Source: an uncultured Fibrella sp.
Lineage (GTDB): Bacteria; Bacteroidota; Bacteroidia; Cytophagales; Spirosomataceae
Assembly: GCF_964250085.1 (NCBI RefSeq)
Contig: NZ_CAXUEC010000013.1
Coordinates: 5,101-69,100 of the forward strand
DNA length: 64,000 nucleotides
Reading direction: 5' to 3'
Shown: positions 26,835 to 37,052 of the stretch, one piece after another
Layout of the letters: each line of letters begins with the position of its first letter
Position numbering within the stretch: the stretch's first letter is position 1
Translations under genes and position numbers: made by a program
Notes under the pieces: generated by a model
The model's database searches: none
What the model was told of the DNA's origin: nothing
What the model saw: the letters and a program-made list of their open reading frames with translations, nothing else

Positions 26835-27737
26835 TTATAACCCCGTCTGCTTCGTAAACGTGCTTTCGAAAATTTTGTCGGCGTTGGCGGCTTCAAATCC
26901 GTCACGGCGATGTTTGCGGGTGATCTGGTCGGCGGGTAAATCGGCGAATTCAGGCAGCACGCGGCGTTCGGCAAACTCAACGTAGGAGCCCGCAATGCGG
27001 AAGGTGTCTCCTCCTGCGAATTTGGCATCGACCATCTGCGCTACCGTCGACGCCTGCCGCAAACCACCATCGGGACTGACTTTGATAATACCACCCGCCG
27101 AATTCAGTTTAAAGCGACGCTTTTCCAGAAACGAGATGAATTCGTCGATGGTATTGTAGCCTTCGGGCAGGTTGTGCACGCTGATGGTGAAGTGGTTGAG
27201 GTAATACCGGTTGTAAATCACCCAGGCGGCATATTCGCTTTCGGCCAGTAGTGTTTTATAGTCGGCCAGGGTTGGGGTTTTCCAGAGGGGCTGGTGCAGA
27301 AAAGCGTCGACCGCTTCGCCATTGTCCAGATCGAGCGCATCGATGGGGTCGCTCGTTACGGTATCGGTGTATTTGTGAATGATCCGCTGTGCTTCGTCCG
27401 ACAGGTCGTTGACGCGCAATTCGCTGGCAAAAATGCGCGGTAGATTGTCGGCGGCGCGGTCGGCTGGTGGGGCGTACCAGTAGGCGTTCAGTTTCTTTTC
27501 GGCAAAATTGTACGGCTCGCGTTTTTCGTAGCCATAATGCAGAAAGATTTTCTCGAACGAAGCCAACCCCAGGTTCGGAACGCCCATGGTGCGGAAGGCA
27601 ATATGATCGTTCTCAATATCTTCGGGTCTTTTGATGACTTCATGCTGTTGAAGCGCGTAAAGAATATTCTTGACGTCAGGAACACGTTCGGTATACCGGC
27701 GCATCAGTCCGGCCAGTACAGTATCGAGAGGAGTCAT
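26835..27737 (-). CDS. DUF1338 / 2-oxoadipate dioxygenase-decarboxylase (HglS/YdcJ-like) family protein
   Basis: The start is placed at MTPLDTVLAGLMRRY. DHIAFRTMGVPNLG and a VOC-like fold pattern are present. The longer ORF to 27803 translates an intergenic hairpin. Confidence 0.65.
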   Translation of the reverse strand: MTPLDTVLAGLMRRYTERVPDVKNILYALQQHEVIKRPEDIENDHIAFRTMGVPNLGLASFEKIFLHYGYEKREPYNFAEKKLNAYWYAPPADRAADNLPRIFASELRVNDLSDEAQRIIHKYTDTVTSDPIDALDLDNGEAVDAFLHQPLWKTPTLADYKTLLAESEYAAWVIYNRYYLNHFTISVHNLPEGYNTIDEFISFLEKRRFKLNSAGGIIKVSPDGGLRQASTVAQMVDAKFAGGDTFRIAGSYVEFAERRVLPEFADLPADQITRKHRRDGFEAANADKIFESTFTKQTGL

Positions 27738-27770
27738 GGCTATTAATTTGTTTACCCAAACGCGGGACCG

Positions 27771-27846
27771 CCCCAACCCCCTGAAGGGGATAAAGCGTTG
27801 CAAAGGTAATAAAGCAGCGCATTAGCCCCCTTCAGAGGGTTGGGGG
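27771..27846. repeat. C-rich/G-rich hairpin in a divergent intergenic region
   Basis: CCCCAACCCCCTGAAGGGG (27771-27789) pairs with CCCCCTTCAGAGGGTTGGGGG (27826-27846), giving a 19-bp stem with one mismatch. Confidence 0.8.
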
Positions 27847-27894
27847 TACAACATCAAACTGTTATTTTTACTACCTGGTTGCCTCAATGACCGA

Positions 27895-30003
27895 ATGACC
27901 GAACGTACCACCTTCTTCGACACCCGCCTGGAATACCTGAAAGGGCTTGGCCCACAGCGGGCTGAGTTGCTGAATAAAGAACTGCACCTGTTTACGGCTG
28001 CCGATCTGATTCAGTACTACCCCTTCCGGTACGAAGACCGTACGCGCTTTTACACCGTCAGCGAATTGCTGGAATCAATGCCCTCGGCGCAGGTACGTGG
28101 TCGCCTCCGCGACTGGCATACGGAAGGCGAAGGACCGAAAAAACGGCTTGTTGGTCATTTTACAGATGGTACCGGCACCATGGATCTGGTCTGGTTTCAG
28201 GGTATTTCCTGGCTCGAAAAATCGCTTCGGCGCGACGGGGAATACATTGCGTTCGGGAAGCCGCAGGAGTTTCAGGGCAAGTTTAGTATCGTGCACCCCG
28301 AACTCGATGCGGTGCGGCCTGATGTGGAGCCCGAAGCCACGCTGTCGCCCGTATACAACCTGACGGATAAGCTCCGCAAGCGGTTTGTCGATAACAAAGT
28401 GATGGCCAAAGCCATGCGGTCGCTGCTTGAACTGGCCTGGCCGCATATCCACGAAACCCTACCGGCCAGCCTGATCGAGAAGTTTCGACTGGTGGGTAAA
28501 CGGGAAGCTGTCTGGAACATTCACCTGCCCCAAAGCCCCGCCTGGCTGCGGCAGGCCGAACGGAGGCTGAAATTCGAGGAACTATTCTACAATCAGCTTC
28601 GGCTGATTTCCAACAAGCTGATTCAGAAGGAAGAACACCCCGGTCAGATTTTTCAGAAAACCAGCCTTCTCTCGCATTTCTACAAAACCCTGCTGCCTTT
28701 CCCGCTTACGGGGGCGCAGCAGCGTGTATTGCGCGAAATTCATAAAGATTGCCTGACGGGGCGGCAAATGAACCGGCTGTTGCAGGGCGATGTAGGCAGC
28801 GGTAAGACTATCGTGGCGTTCATCACGATGCTCCTGGCGATCGACAACGGCGCGCAGGCCTGCCTGATGGCGCCTACCGAAATCCTGGCCGACCAGCACT
28901 ACAACGGCCTCAAACCCTTTGCCGATGCAATGGGCCTGAACCTCGGCATCTTGACCGGGAGCACGCGCACCAAACGCCGCCGGGTGCTACACGACGAACT
29001 GCTAACTGGCAGGATGCACATTCTGGTAGGCACCCACGCCCTGCTCGAAGATGTGGTGCAGTTCCGCAATCTGGGCCTGTGCATCATTGACGAGCAACAC
29101 CGTTTCGGCGTGGCACAACGGGCCAAAATGTGGGCGAAAAACCCGGTCGTACCACCGCATATCCTCGTCATGACGGCCACGCCCATTCCGCGCACATTGG
29201 CGATGACCCTCTACGGTAACCTCGACATTTCGATCATCGACGAAATGCCCGCCGGGCGGAAACCCATCAAAACGGTACACAAGACCGATAAGCACCGGGC
29301 CGAGGTGTTTGGCTTCATGCGCCAGCAGATTGAACTCGGTCGGCAGGTATATGTGGTGTATCCGCTGATCGAAGAGTCGGAAACGCTGGATTATAAGGAT
29401 TTGACAGACGGGCACGAGAGTATTGAGCGGGCGTTTCCACAGCCCAAATACCAGGTCGGTATTCTGCACGGTAAAATGGATTCATACAGTAAAGACTACG
29501 AGATGACGCGCTTCGCCAACGGAGAAACGCAGATTCTGGTGGCGACAACCGTGATCGAAGTAGGGGTGAACGTACCTAACGCGAGCGTAATGGTTATTGA
29601 AAGCGCCGAACGATTTGGCCTGTCGCAGTTGCATCAGTTGCGGGGACGCGTTGGCCGGGGAAGCGACCAATCGTACTGCGTACTGATGACGGGTTACAAA
29701 CTTAGCGCCGATACCAAAACGCGCCTCGAAACGATGGTACGGACCAACAATGGCTTCGAGATTGCCGACGTCGACCTGCAACTACGCGGCCCCGGCGACC
29801 TGGCCGGCACGCAACAAAGTGGCCTGTTGGACCTGCGCCTCGCCGACCTGGCCAAAGACGGTGCCGTCCTGACCGCCGCCCGTGAATCGGCGCAGATCAT
29901 CCTGGAAACCGATCCCAACCTGATTCTGCCTGAACACGCCACCATTCGCAACCACATCGACGCCATCGGCCGTACCCAATCCGACTGGAGCCGGATCTCT
30001 TGA
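27895..30003 (+). CDS. recG: ATP-dependent DNA helicase RecG
   Basis: 702 aa with an N-terminal wedge/OB region, Walker A (GDVGSGKT), a DEQH box (IIDEQHRFG) and QLHQLRGRVGRG. Confidence 0.95.
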   Translation: MTERTTFFDTRLEYLKGLGPQRAELLNKELHLFTAADLIQYYPFRYEDRTRFYTVSELLESMPSAQVRGRLRDWHTEGEGPKKRLVGHFTDGTGTMDLVWFQGISWLEKSLRRDGEYIAFGKPQEFQGKFSIVHPELDAVRPDVEPEATLSPVYNLTDKLRKRFVDNKVMAKAMRSLLELAWPHIHETLPASLIEKFRLVGKREAVWNIHLPQSPAWLRQAERRLKFEELFYNQLRLISNKLIQKEEHPGQIFQKTSLLSHFYKTLLPFPLTGAQQRVLREIHKDCLTGRQMNRLLQGDVGSGKTIVAFITMLLAIDNGAQACLMAPTEILADQHYNGLKPFADAMGLNLGILTGSTRTKRRRVLHDELLTGRMHILVGTHALLEDVVQFRNLGLCIIDEQHRFGVAQRAKMWAKNPVVPPHILVMTATPIPRTLAMTLYGNLDISIIDEMPAGRKPIKTVHKTDKHRAEVFGFMRQQIELGRQVYVVYPLIEESETLDYKDLTDGHESIERAFPQPKYQVGILHGKMDSYSKDYEMTRFANGETQILVATTVIEVGVNVPNASVMVIESAERFGLSQLHQLRGRVGRGSDQSYCVLMTGYKLSADTKTRLETMVRTNNGFEIADVDLQLRGPGDLAGTQQSGLLDLRLADLAKDGAVLTAARESAQIILETDPNLILPEHATIRNHIDAIGRTQSDWSRIS

Positions 30004-30782
30004 TGGAGCCTGTTGCCAGTCGCCGCTCTATTCGCCTTGACGAATACAATTACTCGCTTGAAGGATCGTATTTCATCACCATCTGTGTAGAGCGTAAGGA
30101 ACACCGCTTCGGCCACATCACGGATGGTACAATGTGGCCAAACGAAGCAGGCCAAATGATCTCAGAACGTATTCTAGCCATTTCTTCAAAGTTTCCAGGT
30201 ACGTTGATCGACTCATATGTGGTGATGCCCAACCATATCCATTTCATCATCACCTTGTTGGGCTATAACCCAAATGGTAGATATGTAGGGGCGGCCCATC
30301 GTGGCCGCCCGATCTCGGACCGACAGGGCCGCCCAGATGTGTTATCAATCGAAGAAGACAGCCCTAATCCAGAAACAATACCGGCCAATTTGGATTGGCT
30401 GGGGTTTGGCGGTCCTATCGGCCCGAAAGCGGGCGGGCACGATGGCCCGCCCCTACACGTGAACGATCCGGCGGTTGGTTGCGCCAGTGATGTGAACGAT
30501 CCGGCGATTGGTCGGGCCAGTAATTTGAACGATCCGGCGATTGATCATATCGATCCGATAATTAACGTACCCAGCGCAGCCGATGTGGTCGGGTGGTTTA
30601 AGGCGAGTACCACGAATTATTACATCAGGGGCGTGAAAGAGAAACGCTTTCCGGCGTTTGATCGGCGGCTGTGGCAGCGTAATTATTACGAGCATATAAT
30701 CCGAACAGAAGCCGCTTATAATCAGATCGACGAGTACATACGTACCAATCCATTGCGGTGGGCTGAAGATCGGTTACAATAA
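30000..30782 (+). CDS. RAYT / IS200-like Y1 (HUH) transposase homolog with a repeat-containing insertion
   Basis: 260 aa with the HUH motif VVMPNHIHFII and a catalytic-Tyr region WQRNYYEHIIR. About 100 aa of low-complexity sequence is inserted between them. Its start overlaps the recG stop (ATGA). Confidence 0.8.
   Translation: MMEPVASRRSIRLDEYNYSLEGSYFITICVERKEHRFGHITDGTMWPNEAGQMISERILAISSKFPGTLIDSYVVMPNHIHFIITLLGYNPNGRYVGAAHRGRPISDRQGRPDVLSIEEDSPNPETIPANLDWLGFGGPIGPKAGGHDGPPLHVNDPAVGCASDVNDPAIGRASNLNDPAIDHIDPIINVPSAADVVGWFKASTTNYYIRGVKEKRFPAFDRRLWQRNYYEHIIRTEAAYNQIDEYIRTNPLRWAEDRLQ
30459..30550 (+). repeat. 33-bp tandem repeat (about 2.7 units) inside the RAYT-like gene
   Basis: Unit 1 is GTGAACGATCCGGCGGTTGGTTGCGCCAGTGAT (30459-30491). 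Unit 2 is GTGAACGATCCGGCGATTGGTCGGGCCAGTAAT (30492-30524). A third unit starts TTGAACGATCCGGCGATTGATC... The units encode VNDPAVGCASD, VNDPAIGRASN and LNDPAIDH. Confidence 0.9.
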
Positions 30783-30887
30783 CCACACCGCCTGCTACCT
30801 GAAATTCCGTTTATTTGTGGCGTGAAAAAGGGTGATCGACCCTCTTTTAGTTGTTGTTAGGAGATTAATCTAAATTTTTGTTCGTAA

Positions 30888-32171
<1,284 letters not shown>

Positions 32172-32173
32172 TG

Positions 32174-32260
32174 CAGTTATTGGTTACTGGTTATTGGCTA
32201 TCAGTTCTGGAACGTACCTGAACGAGGCCAGTAACCAATAACCAGCAACTAATAACCATT
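32174..32260. repeat. heptad-periodic inverted-repeat element between eno and the ftsB-like gene
   Basis: The left arm is TTATTGG TTACTGG TTATTGG CTATCAG (32177-32204). The right arm is CCAGTAA CCAATAA CCAGCAA CTAATAA (32228-32255). The arms are complementary in several registers, and the loop carries AACGTACCTG (32211-32220). Confidence 0.75.
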
Positions 32261-32261
32261 T

Positions 32262-32570
32262 ATGAACCGTCTCCTCAACAATCGCTATCGATTCTACATC
32301 CTGACGGGCGTAGGGTTTTTGCTGTGGATGCTGTTTTTCGACGCTAATGACCTGCGCTCGCAGTTTCGTAACTGGCGAAAAGCGCAGGAACTGGAGGAAG
32401 AGAAAGCGTATTTTCAGACCCAGATCGAGGCCGTCCGGGCCGAGCGTAAAGAAGTACTGGGTAGCCAGCAACTTCGGATCAAGTACGCCCGCGAGAAGTA
32501 CCTGATGAAAAAGCGCCACGAAGACGTATATGTGCTCGTTGATGAGAACGGTGAACCGATTGAAAAGTAG
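32262..32570 (+). CDS. ftsB: septum formation initiator family protein (FtsB/DivIC-like)
   Basis: 102 aa with one TM helix followed by a coiled coil (AQELEEEKAYFQTQIEAVRAERKE). It has the conserved position downstream of eno. Confidence 0.7.
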   Translation: MNRLLNNRYRFYILTGVGFLLWMLFFDANDLRSQFRNWRKAQELEEEKAYFQTQIEAVRAERKEVLGSQQLRIKYAREKYLMKKRHEDVYVLVDENGEPIEK

Positions 32571-32669
32571 TTTACAGTTTACCGTTTATAGTTTGCCGTT
32601 GCTCCGCCGATGAGCGAATCGATTTGCTGGCAGCGCAACAGTAAACGGTAAACAGAAAACTGTAAACTG
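32571..32669. repeat. heptad-periodic long hairpin
   Basis: The left arm is GTTTACA GTTTACC GTTTATA GTTTGCC GTTGCTC. The right arm is CAGCGCA ACAGTAA ACGGTAA ACAGAAA ACTGTAA. The arms are partly complementary with register slippage. Confidence 0.75.
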
Positions 32670-32674
32670 ATTTT

Positions 32675-33163
32675 ATGATCTCCCTCCTGTTCGTTTGTCT
32701 TGGAAATATTTGCCGGTCGCCGCTAGCGGAGGGCGTGTTTCGGCAATTAGTTGATGAAGCGGGACTAGCCGGGCAGATCGAATGCGATTCCGCAGGTACG
32801 TCGTCATATCATATCGGGCAACTGCCCGACCTGCGTACGCGCCAGAACGCCCTTACTCACGACATAAAGCTCACCCACCGCGCCCGCCGCATGACCGGCG
32901 AAGACCTGGCCCGGTTTACGTACATCATCACGATGGACGAGATGAACTTCGAAGCGGTCATGAAACTAAGCCAGCGTTCGGTTGGGCTTGTCCACGACGA
33001 CACGGTCTTTTTGCTCCGCGAATTTGACCCCGCCGTTAATGACCAGCCCAGCGTGCCCGATCCGTATTATGAAGGCCCCGAAGTCTTTGAAGAGGTATAC
33101 CAGATTGCCTACCGCTGTTGTGAAGAACTGTTAACGTACCTGCGAAAGCGGCATAACCTATAA
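32675..33163 (+). CDS. low-molecular-weight protein-tyrosine phosphatase
   Basis: 162 aa with the CX5R P-loop LFVCLGNICRSPLAEG and a DP motif (VPDPYY). Confidence 0.9.
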   Translation: MISLLFVCLGNICRSPLAEGVFRQLVDEAGLAGQIECDSAGTSSYHIGQLPDLRTRQNALTHDIKLTHRARRMTGEDLARFTYIITMDEMNFEAVMKLSQRSVGLVHDDTVFLLREFDPAVNDQPSVPDPYYEGPEVFEEVYQIAYRCCEELLTYLRKRHNL

Positions 33164-33168
33164 GCAAT

Positions 33169-33293
33169 GAGTGAAAGAGTGAGTGGCGAAAGAGTGAAAG
33201 TAGCTTCGCTGTATAGCGACTGGCTACTTAGTAGATTTATACCATATGCTCATCGTTCCGCTCTTCGCCTTTCGCTCTTTCATTCTTTCACTC
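33169..33293. repeat. periodic-arm inverted repeat upstream of gpmI
   Basis: GAGTGAAAGAGTGAGTGGCGAAAGAGTGAAAG (33169-33200) faces CGCTCTTCGCCTTTCGCTCTTTCATTCTTTCACTC (33259-33293). Complementarity is imperfect. An apical sub-hairpin contains GCTTCGCT. Confidence 0.65.
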
Positions 33294-33294
33294 T

Positions 33295-34872
33295 ATGAAT
33301 AAGAAAGTCATTCTCCTCATTATGGACGGCTGGGGCATCACCACCCAGAACGACCGGTCGGCCCTGGCGGCGGCGAAAACCCCTTTTGTCACCGACGCCT
33401 GGAATCGTTATTCACACAGCACCCTTGAAGCATCGGGGCTGCCCGTTGGGTTACCCGATGGACAGATGGGTAACTCGGAAGTTGGCCACATGAACCTCGG
33501 CGCGGGCCGGATCGTCTATCAGGATCTGGTGAAAATCAATCTGGCCGTTGAACATGACACCCTGAAGAAAGAGCCTATCCTGTCTGACGCATTGACGTAT
33601 GCCAAAGCAAACGGCAAAAAAGTTCATCTGATTGGACTGGTATCTGATGGCGGCGTTCACGCTCACATTACCCACCTGAAGGGCCTGCTGACCATCGCAC
33701 ACGAGCAGGAATTATCAGACGTATTCGTGCATGCCTTTACGGATGGCCGCGATACTGACCCGAAGAGTGGGCTGGCCTTTCTGACCGATGTTTGTGAACA
33801 TATGGCCAAAACCACGGGTAAACTGGCCACTGTGGTGGGCCGCTTCTACGCGATGGACCGCGATAATCGCTGGGAACGCGTGAAAATAGCTTACGACGCC
33901 ATGGTCAACGCAGTTGGTGACCGGGCACAGGGCGACGGCGTATTCCAGGCAATTCGCGATTCATACGAAGCAGGTACGTCCGACGAATTCATCAACCCGA
34001 TTGTGATGGAAAACGAGGATCATACGCCTGTGGCTCAGATTGAGAACGGCGACGTGGTGATCTGCTTCAATTTCCGCACAGATCGGGGCCGGGAAATTAC
34101 GCTTGCCCTCACGCAGCGCGACTTTCCGGAGCAAAATATGCACAAGCTCGATCTCAATTACATCACCATGACAAACTACGATAGCGAGTTTGTTGGTGTG
34201 AAGGCGATTTTCGAAAAAGATAATCTGGCCAAAACCCTGGGTGAGGTGGTTGCGGGAGCCAGTCGGAAGCAGATTCGTATTGCCGAAACCGAGAAATACC
34301 CGCACGTAACTTTCTTTTTCTCGGGTGGCCGTGAGGAGCCGTTTTCGGGTGAAGCGCGCCTGCTCGTACCTTCGCCGAAAGAGATGACGGTGACCAACGA
34401 AAAAGGTGAAACGATCACCATTCCGGTAAAAACCTACGATCAGAAACCGGAAATGTCGGCCTTTGGTATTCGCGACGCAATTATTCCTGAACTGGAAAAA
34501 GGCGAGGTCGATTTCGTGTGTCTCAACTTTGCCAATACCGATATGGTGGGCCATACGGGTGTATTTGAAGCGGTGGTCAAAGCCGCCGAAACTGTCGATG
34601 CCACCACCCGTGACGTAGTGACAACCGGGTTGGCACACGGCTACACCTCGATCATCATTGCCGACCACGGCAACGCCGATTATATGGTTAATGACGATGG
34701 CACACCCAATACAGCGCACACAACCAGTCTGGTACCCTGTATCCTGGTCGATAACGACTACCAGCCTGCCTTGAAAAACGGTAAACTGGGCGACATTGCG
34801 CCCACGATTCTGGCCTTGATGGGTATTGAAAAACCCTACGAAATGACTGGTGACAGCTTGCTGATCCAATAA
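33295..34872 (+). CDS. gpmI: 2,3-bisphosphoglycerate-independent phosphoglycerate mutase
   Basis: 525 aa: LLIMDGWG, GNSEVGHMNLGAGR, SDGGVHAH, ADHGNAD. Confidence 0.97.
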   Translation: MNKKVILLIMDGWGITTQNDRSALAAAKTPFVTDAWNRYSHSTLEASGLPVGLPDGQMGNSEVGHMNLGAGRIVYQDLVKINLAVEHDTLKKEPILSDALTYAKANGKKVHLIGLVSDGGVHAHITHLKGLLTIAHEQELSDVFVHAFTDGRDTDPKSGLAFLTDVCEHMAKTTGKLATVVGRFYAMDRDNRWERVKIAYDAMVNAVGDRAQGDGVFQAIRDSYEAGTSDEFINPIVMENEDHTPVAQIENGDVVICFNFRTDRGREITLALTQRDFPEQNMHKLDLNYITMTNYDSEFVGVKAIFEKDNLAKTLGEVVAGASRKQIRIAETEKYPHVTFFFSGGREEPFSGEARLLVPSPKEMTVTNEKGETITIPVKTYDQKPEMSAFGIRDAIIPELEKGEVDFVCLNFANTDMVGHTGVFEAVVKAAETVDATTRDVVTTGLAHGYTSIIIADHGNADYMVNDDGTPNTAHTTSLVPCILVDNDYQPALKNGKLGDIAPTILALMGIEKPYEMTGDSLLIQ

Positions 34873-35290
34873 TGGCCGCCCGCGACCTATACCACGATGC
34901 TGTAGTTGAGGCGTTGAAGAAAGATGGTTGGTTAATTACGCATGACCCGCTGACAATAGTCTATACAACTCGAGAAGTATTTGTCGATATTGGAGTTGAG
35001 CGATCATTAGTCGCATTGGATAGGCAGGGCCAGAAAATCGCGGTTGAAGTTAAAAGGTTTGGCACGTCTTCGCCAGTTACAGACCTACATAGGGCTATAG
35101 GACAGTACACGTTTTACGATGTTCTTCTTAGAGAAACAGACCCAGAGCGAGTTGTCTTTTTGCCGTTGATCAGCAGACGTATGATGGGATATTTTCTGAA
35201 CCAATTGGCGAACTGATGATTGCCAGACTACGTATGCGACTAGTTATCTTTAATGCAGAACAACAATCTGTTACACAATGGATAAACTGA
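34872..35290 (+). pseudogene. xisH-family gene with a frameshift at a T5 run
   Basis: MAARDLYHDAVVEALKKDGWLITHDPLTI... matches XisH. After GTCTTTTTG (T5 at 35157-35161) the expected C-terminus AVDQQTYDGIFSEPIGELMIARLRMRLVIFNAEQQSVTQWIN continues in a different frame to a TGA at 35288-35290. Confidence 0.75.
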
Positions 35291-35613
35291 CTCATTATCG
35301 GCAATTGGTCCGTTCGCTACTGACTACATATGCTGGTTTATAACCAGCATATGGCGAAATTGATACGGAGTTATTAATTGATCCTTCTGAAAATCACTTT
35401 CAGGTTGTGCGGGTAGGCTGGCTTAAGAATCATAGAGTTCACGGAGCTAGCTTGCATCTGGATATTATTGGCGATAAAATCTGGATTCAACGTGACGGCA
35501 CCGATCGGCCTATTGCCGATGAACTGGTAGAAGCAGGCGTGCCTAAGGAGGATATTGTGCTGGCTTTCTATCCCGAAAACATGCGGGCGTATACGGGCTT
35601 TGCCGTTCGCTGA
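35278..35613 (+). pseudogene. xisI-family gene with one in-frame TAA
   Basis: MDKLTHYRQLVRSLLTTYAGL is followed by a stop and then PAYGEIDTELLIDPSENHFQVVRVGW...GVPKEDIVLAFYPENMRAYTGFAVR. The sequence is collinear with XisI apart from the TAA at 35341-35343. The ATG overlaps the xisH end. Confidence 0.75.
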
Positions 35614-35659
35614 ACGCAACGTACCTGACCGCTGTTTATTCAGCAGCACGTTTATCAAC

Positions 35660-35694
35660 GCGCCCGTGGCTTTGTCGCTACGGGCGGTTTTTTT
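35660..35694 (+). terminator. intrinsic terminator after xisI
   Basis: CGCCCGT (35661-35667) pairs with ACGGGCG (35680-35686), followed by a T7 run (35688-35694). Confidence 0.65.
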
Positions 35695-35698
35695 GTTT

Positions 35699-36268
35699 AT
35701 GAAATACGCTTTCCTGCTACTGGCAACTTCCTTACTAACCGCCTGCGCTGACAATACGGCCCAACGCACCGAAAAGCCCGTTTACTTCGACGTGGCCGGG
35801 TACGTTAAAAGCCAGATCGACGAGCTGTCGAAGCAAAAACCGAGCGTAACAAAACGGTTGCAGATGGGGGAGAAGCTTGAAAAACAAACCACCAGTACGA
35901 TCAACTGGAGTCGTGAACTGGAATTATTTGCACAGGCGGATATCAACAAACCAGCTTTGCGCAATAGCTACACCATCGCCCGCCCCGACTCGCTGACCTA
36001 CCGTTATGTACTTAAACCCAGCGAGAAAAACCTGACTGTCCGCGCCTTGACGGTTAAACTCGATTCGGCTACGCACCAGCCACGCCAGATCGACGCTGTA
36101 TTGACGACAGAGAACCCGTTGTATACGGCAGAGCGGCAGATTTCGCTGGAAAGCGGCCCCACAGCCGGAAAGAACTGGGGCGTAACGCACTACCGCTTGC
36201 AGGGGTTTCAGCACCTGAGCATTTCAGACAAACATACCTTCGATGTCGAAGGAACAGTGTTACGATAA
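35699..36268 (+). CDS. hypothetical lipoprotein
   Basis: The start is placed at MKYAFLLLATSLLTAC (lipobox). 189 aa. Confidence 0.6.
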   Translation: MKYAFLLLATSLLTACADNTAQRTEKPVYFDVAGYVKSQIDELSKQKPSVTKRLQMGEKLEKQTTSTINWSRELELFAQADINKPALRNSYTIARPDSLTYRYVLKPSEKNLTVRALTVKLDSATHQPRQIDAVLTTENPLYTAERQISLESGPTAGKNWGVTHYRLQGFQHLSISDKHTFDVEGTVLR

Positions 36269-36273
36269 CGTAC

Positions 36274-36768
36274 CTAGAGCACCAGTTTCATCGCTTCTTC
36301 AGTCAGGTACGTTCCCCGCCACTTGATCGCCTTTTCTTCCAGCGAAAAAGACCGGAAACCGAACCGTTCATACAGGCGTTTGGCCGGGTTTGTCGTTACC
36401 ACCGTCAGGTTAATCTGCTCCATGCCGTCGAGCTGCCGCGCCCGGTCAACAACGGCCTGAATAAGCAGGCCCGCGAGCCCCTGCCCCCTGAAATCAGGGG
36501 AAACGTACATCCTGAATAATAGTCCTTTGTGCCGGAGCTTGACCCGGTCGGCGCCTTCGCGCTGAAAACTGACAACACCCGCCAACCGATTGTCTACGAA
36601 CGTACCCAGCGTAAAACTGTCGGGTCGGTTGTGGGTTGGAAAAGGCGCGTCCTGTTCGTCGGCTGGCGCAATACGAAAACTGTCGGCATCCTGTTCCAGC
36701 CCCGGCATCAGCAAGGCTCGGTAAGCGGAAAGGTCAGCTTCGGTAAGTGAGCGGAGAAGGGCAGCCAT
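36274..36768 (-). CDS. GNAT family N-acetyltransferase
   Basis: 164 aa with the acetyl-CoA binding motif FRGQGLAGLLIQAVVDRA. Confidence 0.85.
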   Translation of the reverse strand: MAALLRSLTEADLSAYRALLMPGLEQDADSFRIAPADEQDAPFPTHNRPDSFTLGTFVDNRLAGVVSFQREGADRVKLRHKGLLFRMYVSPDFRGQGLAGLLIQAVVDRARQLDGMEQINLTVVTTNPAKRLYERFGFRSFSLEEKAIKWRGTYLTEEAMKLVL

Positions 36769-37011
36769 TTACTGAGTGGCCTCGGTCAAATAGGGGAGGT
36801 ATGGCTCCAGCTTGTCGGTTGATTTGAACGCCGAAATCTGCTTCACCTTGTTGGTGTAGGCGTCGTGACGAACCTCCACGTAGAACGAGTCGAGGCTGTA
36901 GAGCAGGTAGATGAAATCGTCTTCATACCGGTTCGCCAGAATGTTTGCCTCAAAGTACAGGGCGTTCAACTGGTCGTCGGTATCGAGGCTGGTAAAGTGG
37001 GCTGGAGTCAT
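36769..37011 (-). CDS. hypothetical protein
   Basis: 80-aa ORF whose stop abuts the GNAT start. No recognisable motif. Confidence 0.45.
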   Translation of the reverse strand: MTPAHFTSLDTDDQLNALYFEANILANRYEDDFIYLLYSLDSFYVEVRHDAYTNKVKQISAFKSTDKLEPYLPYLTEATQ

Positions 37012-37052
37012 AGAAAGAGCGATTTCCCAGCGAAGATAGGCGAAGGTATTTG

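Noticed and set aside
35374-35769. 131-aa minus-strand ORF
   Set aside because: It is antisense to the xisI coding sequence and runs through the terminator and the start of the lipoprotein gene, so it is spurious.
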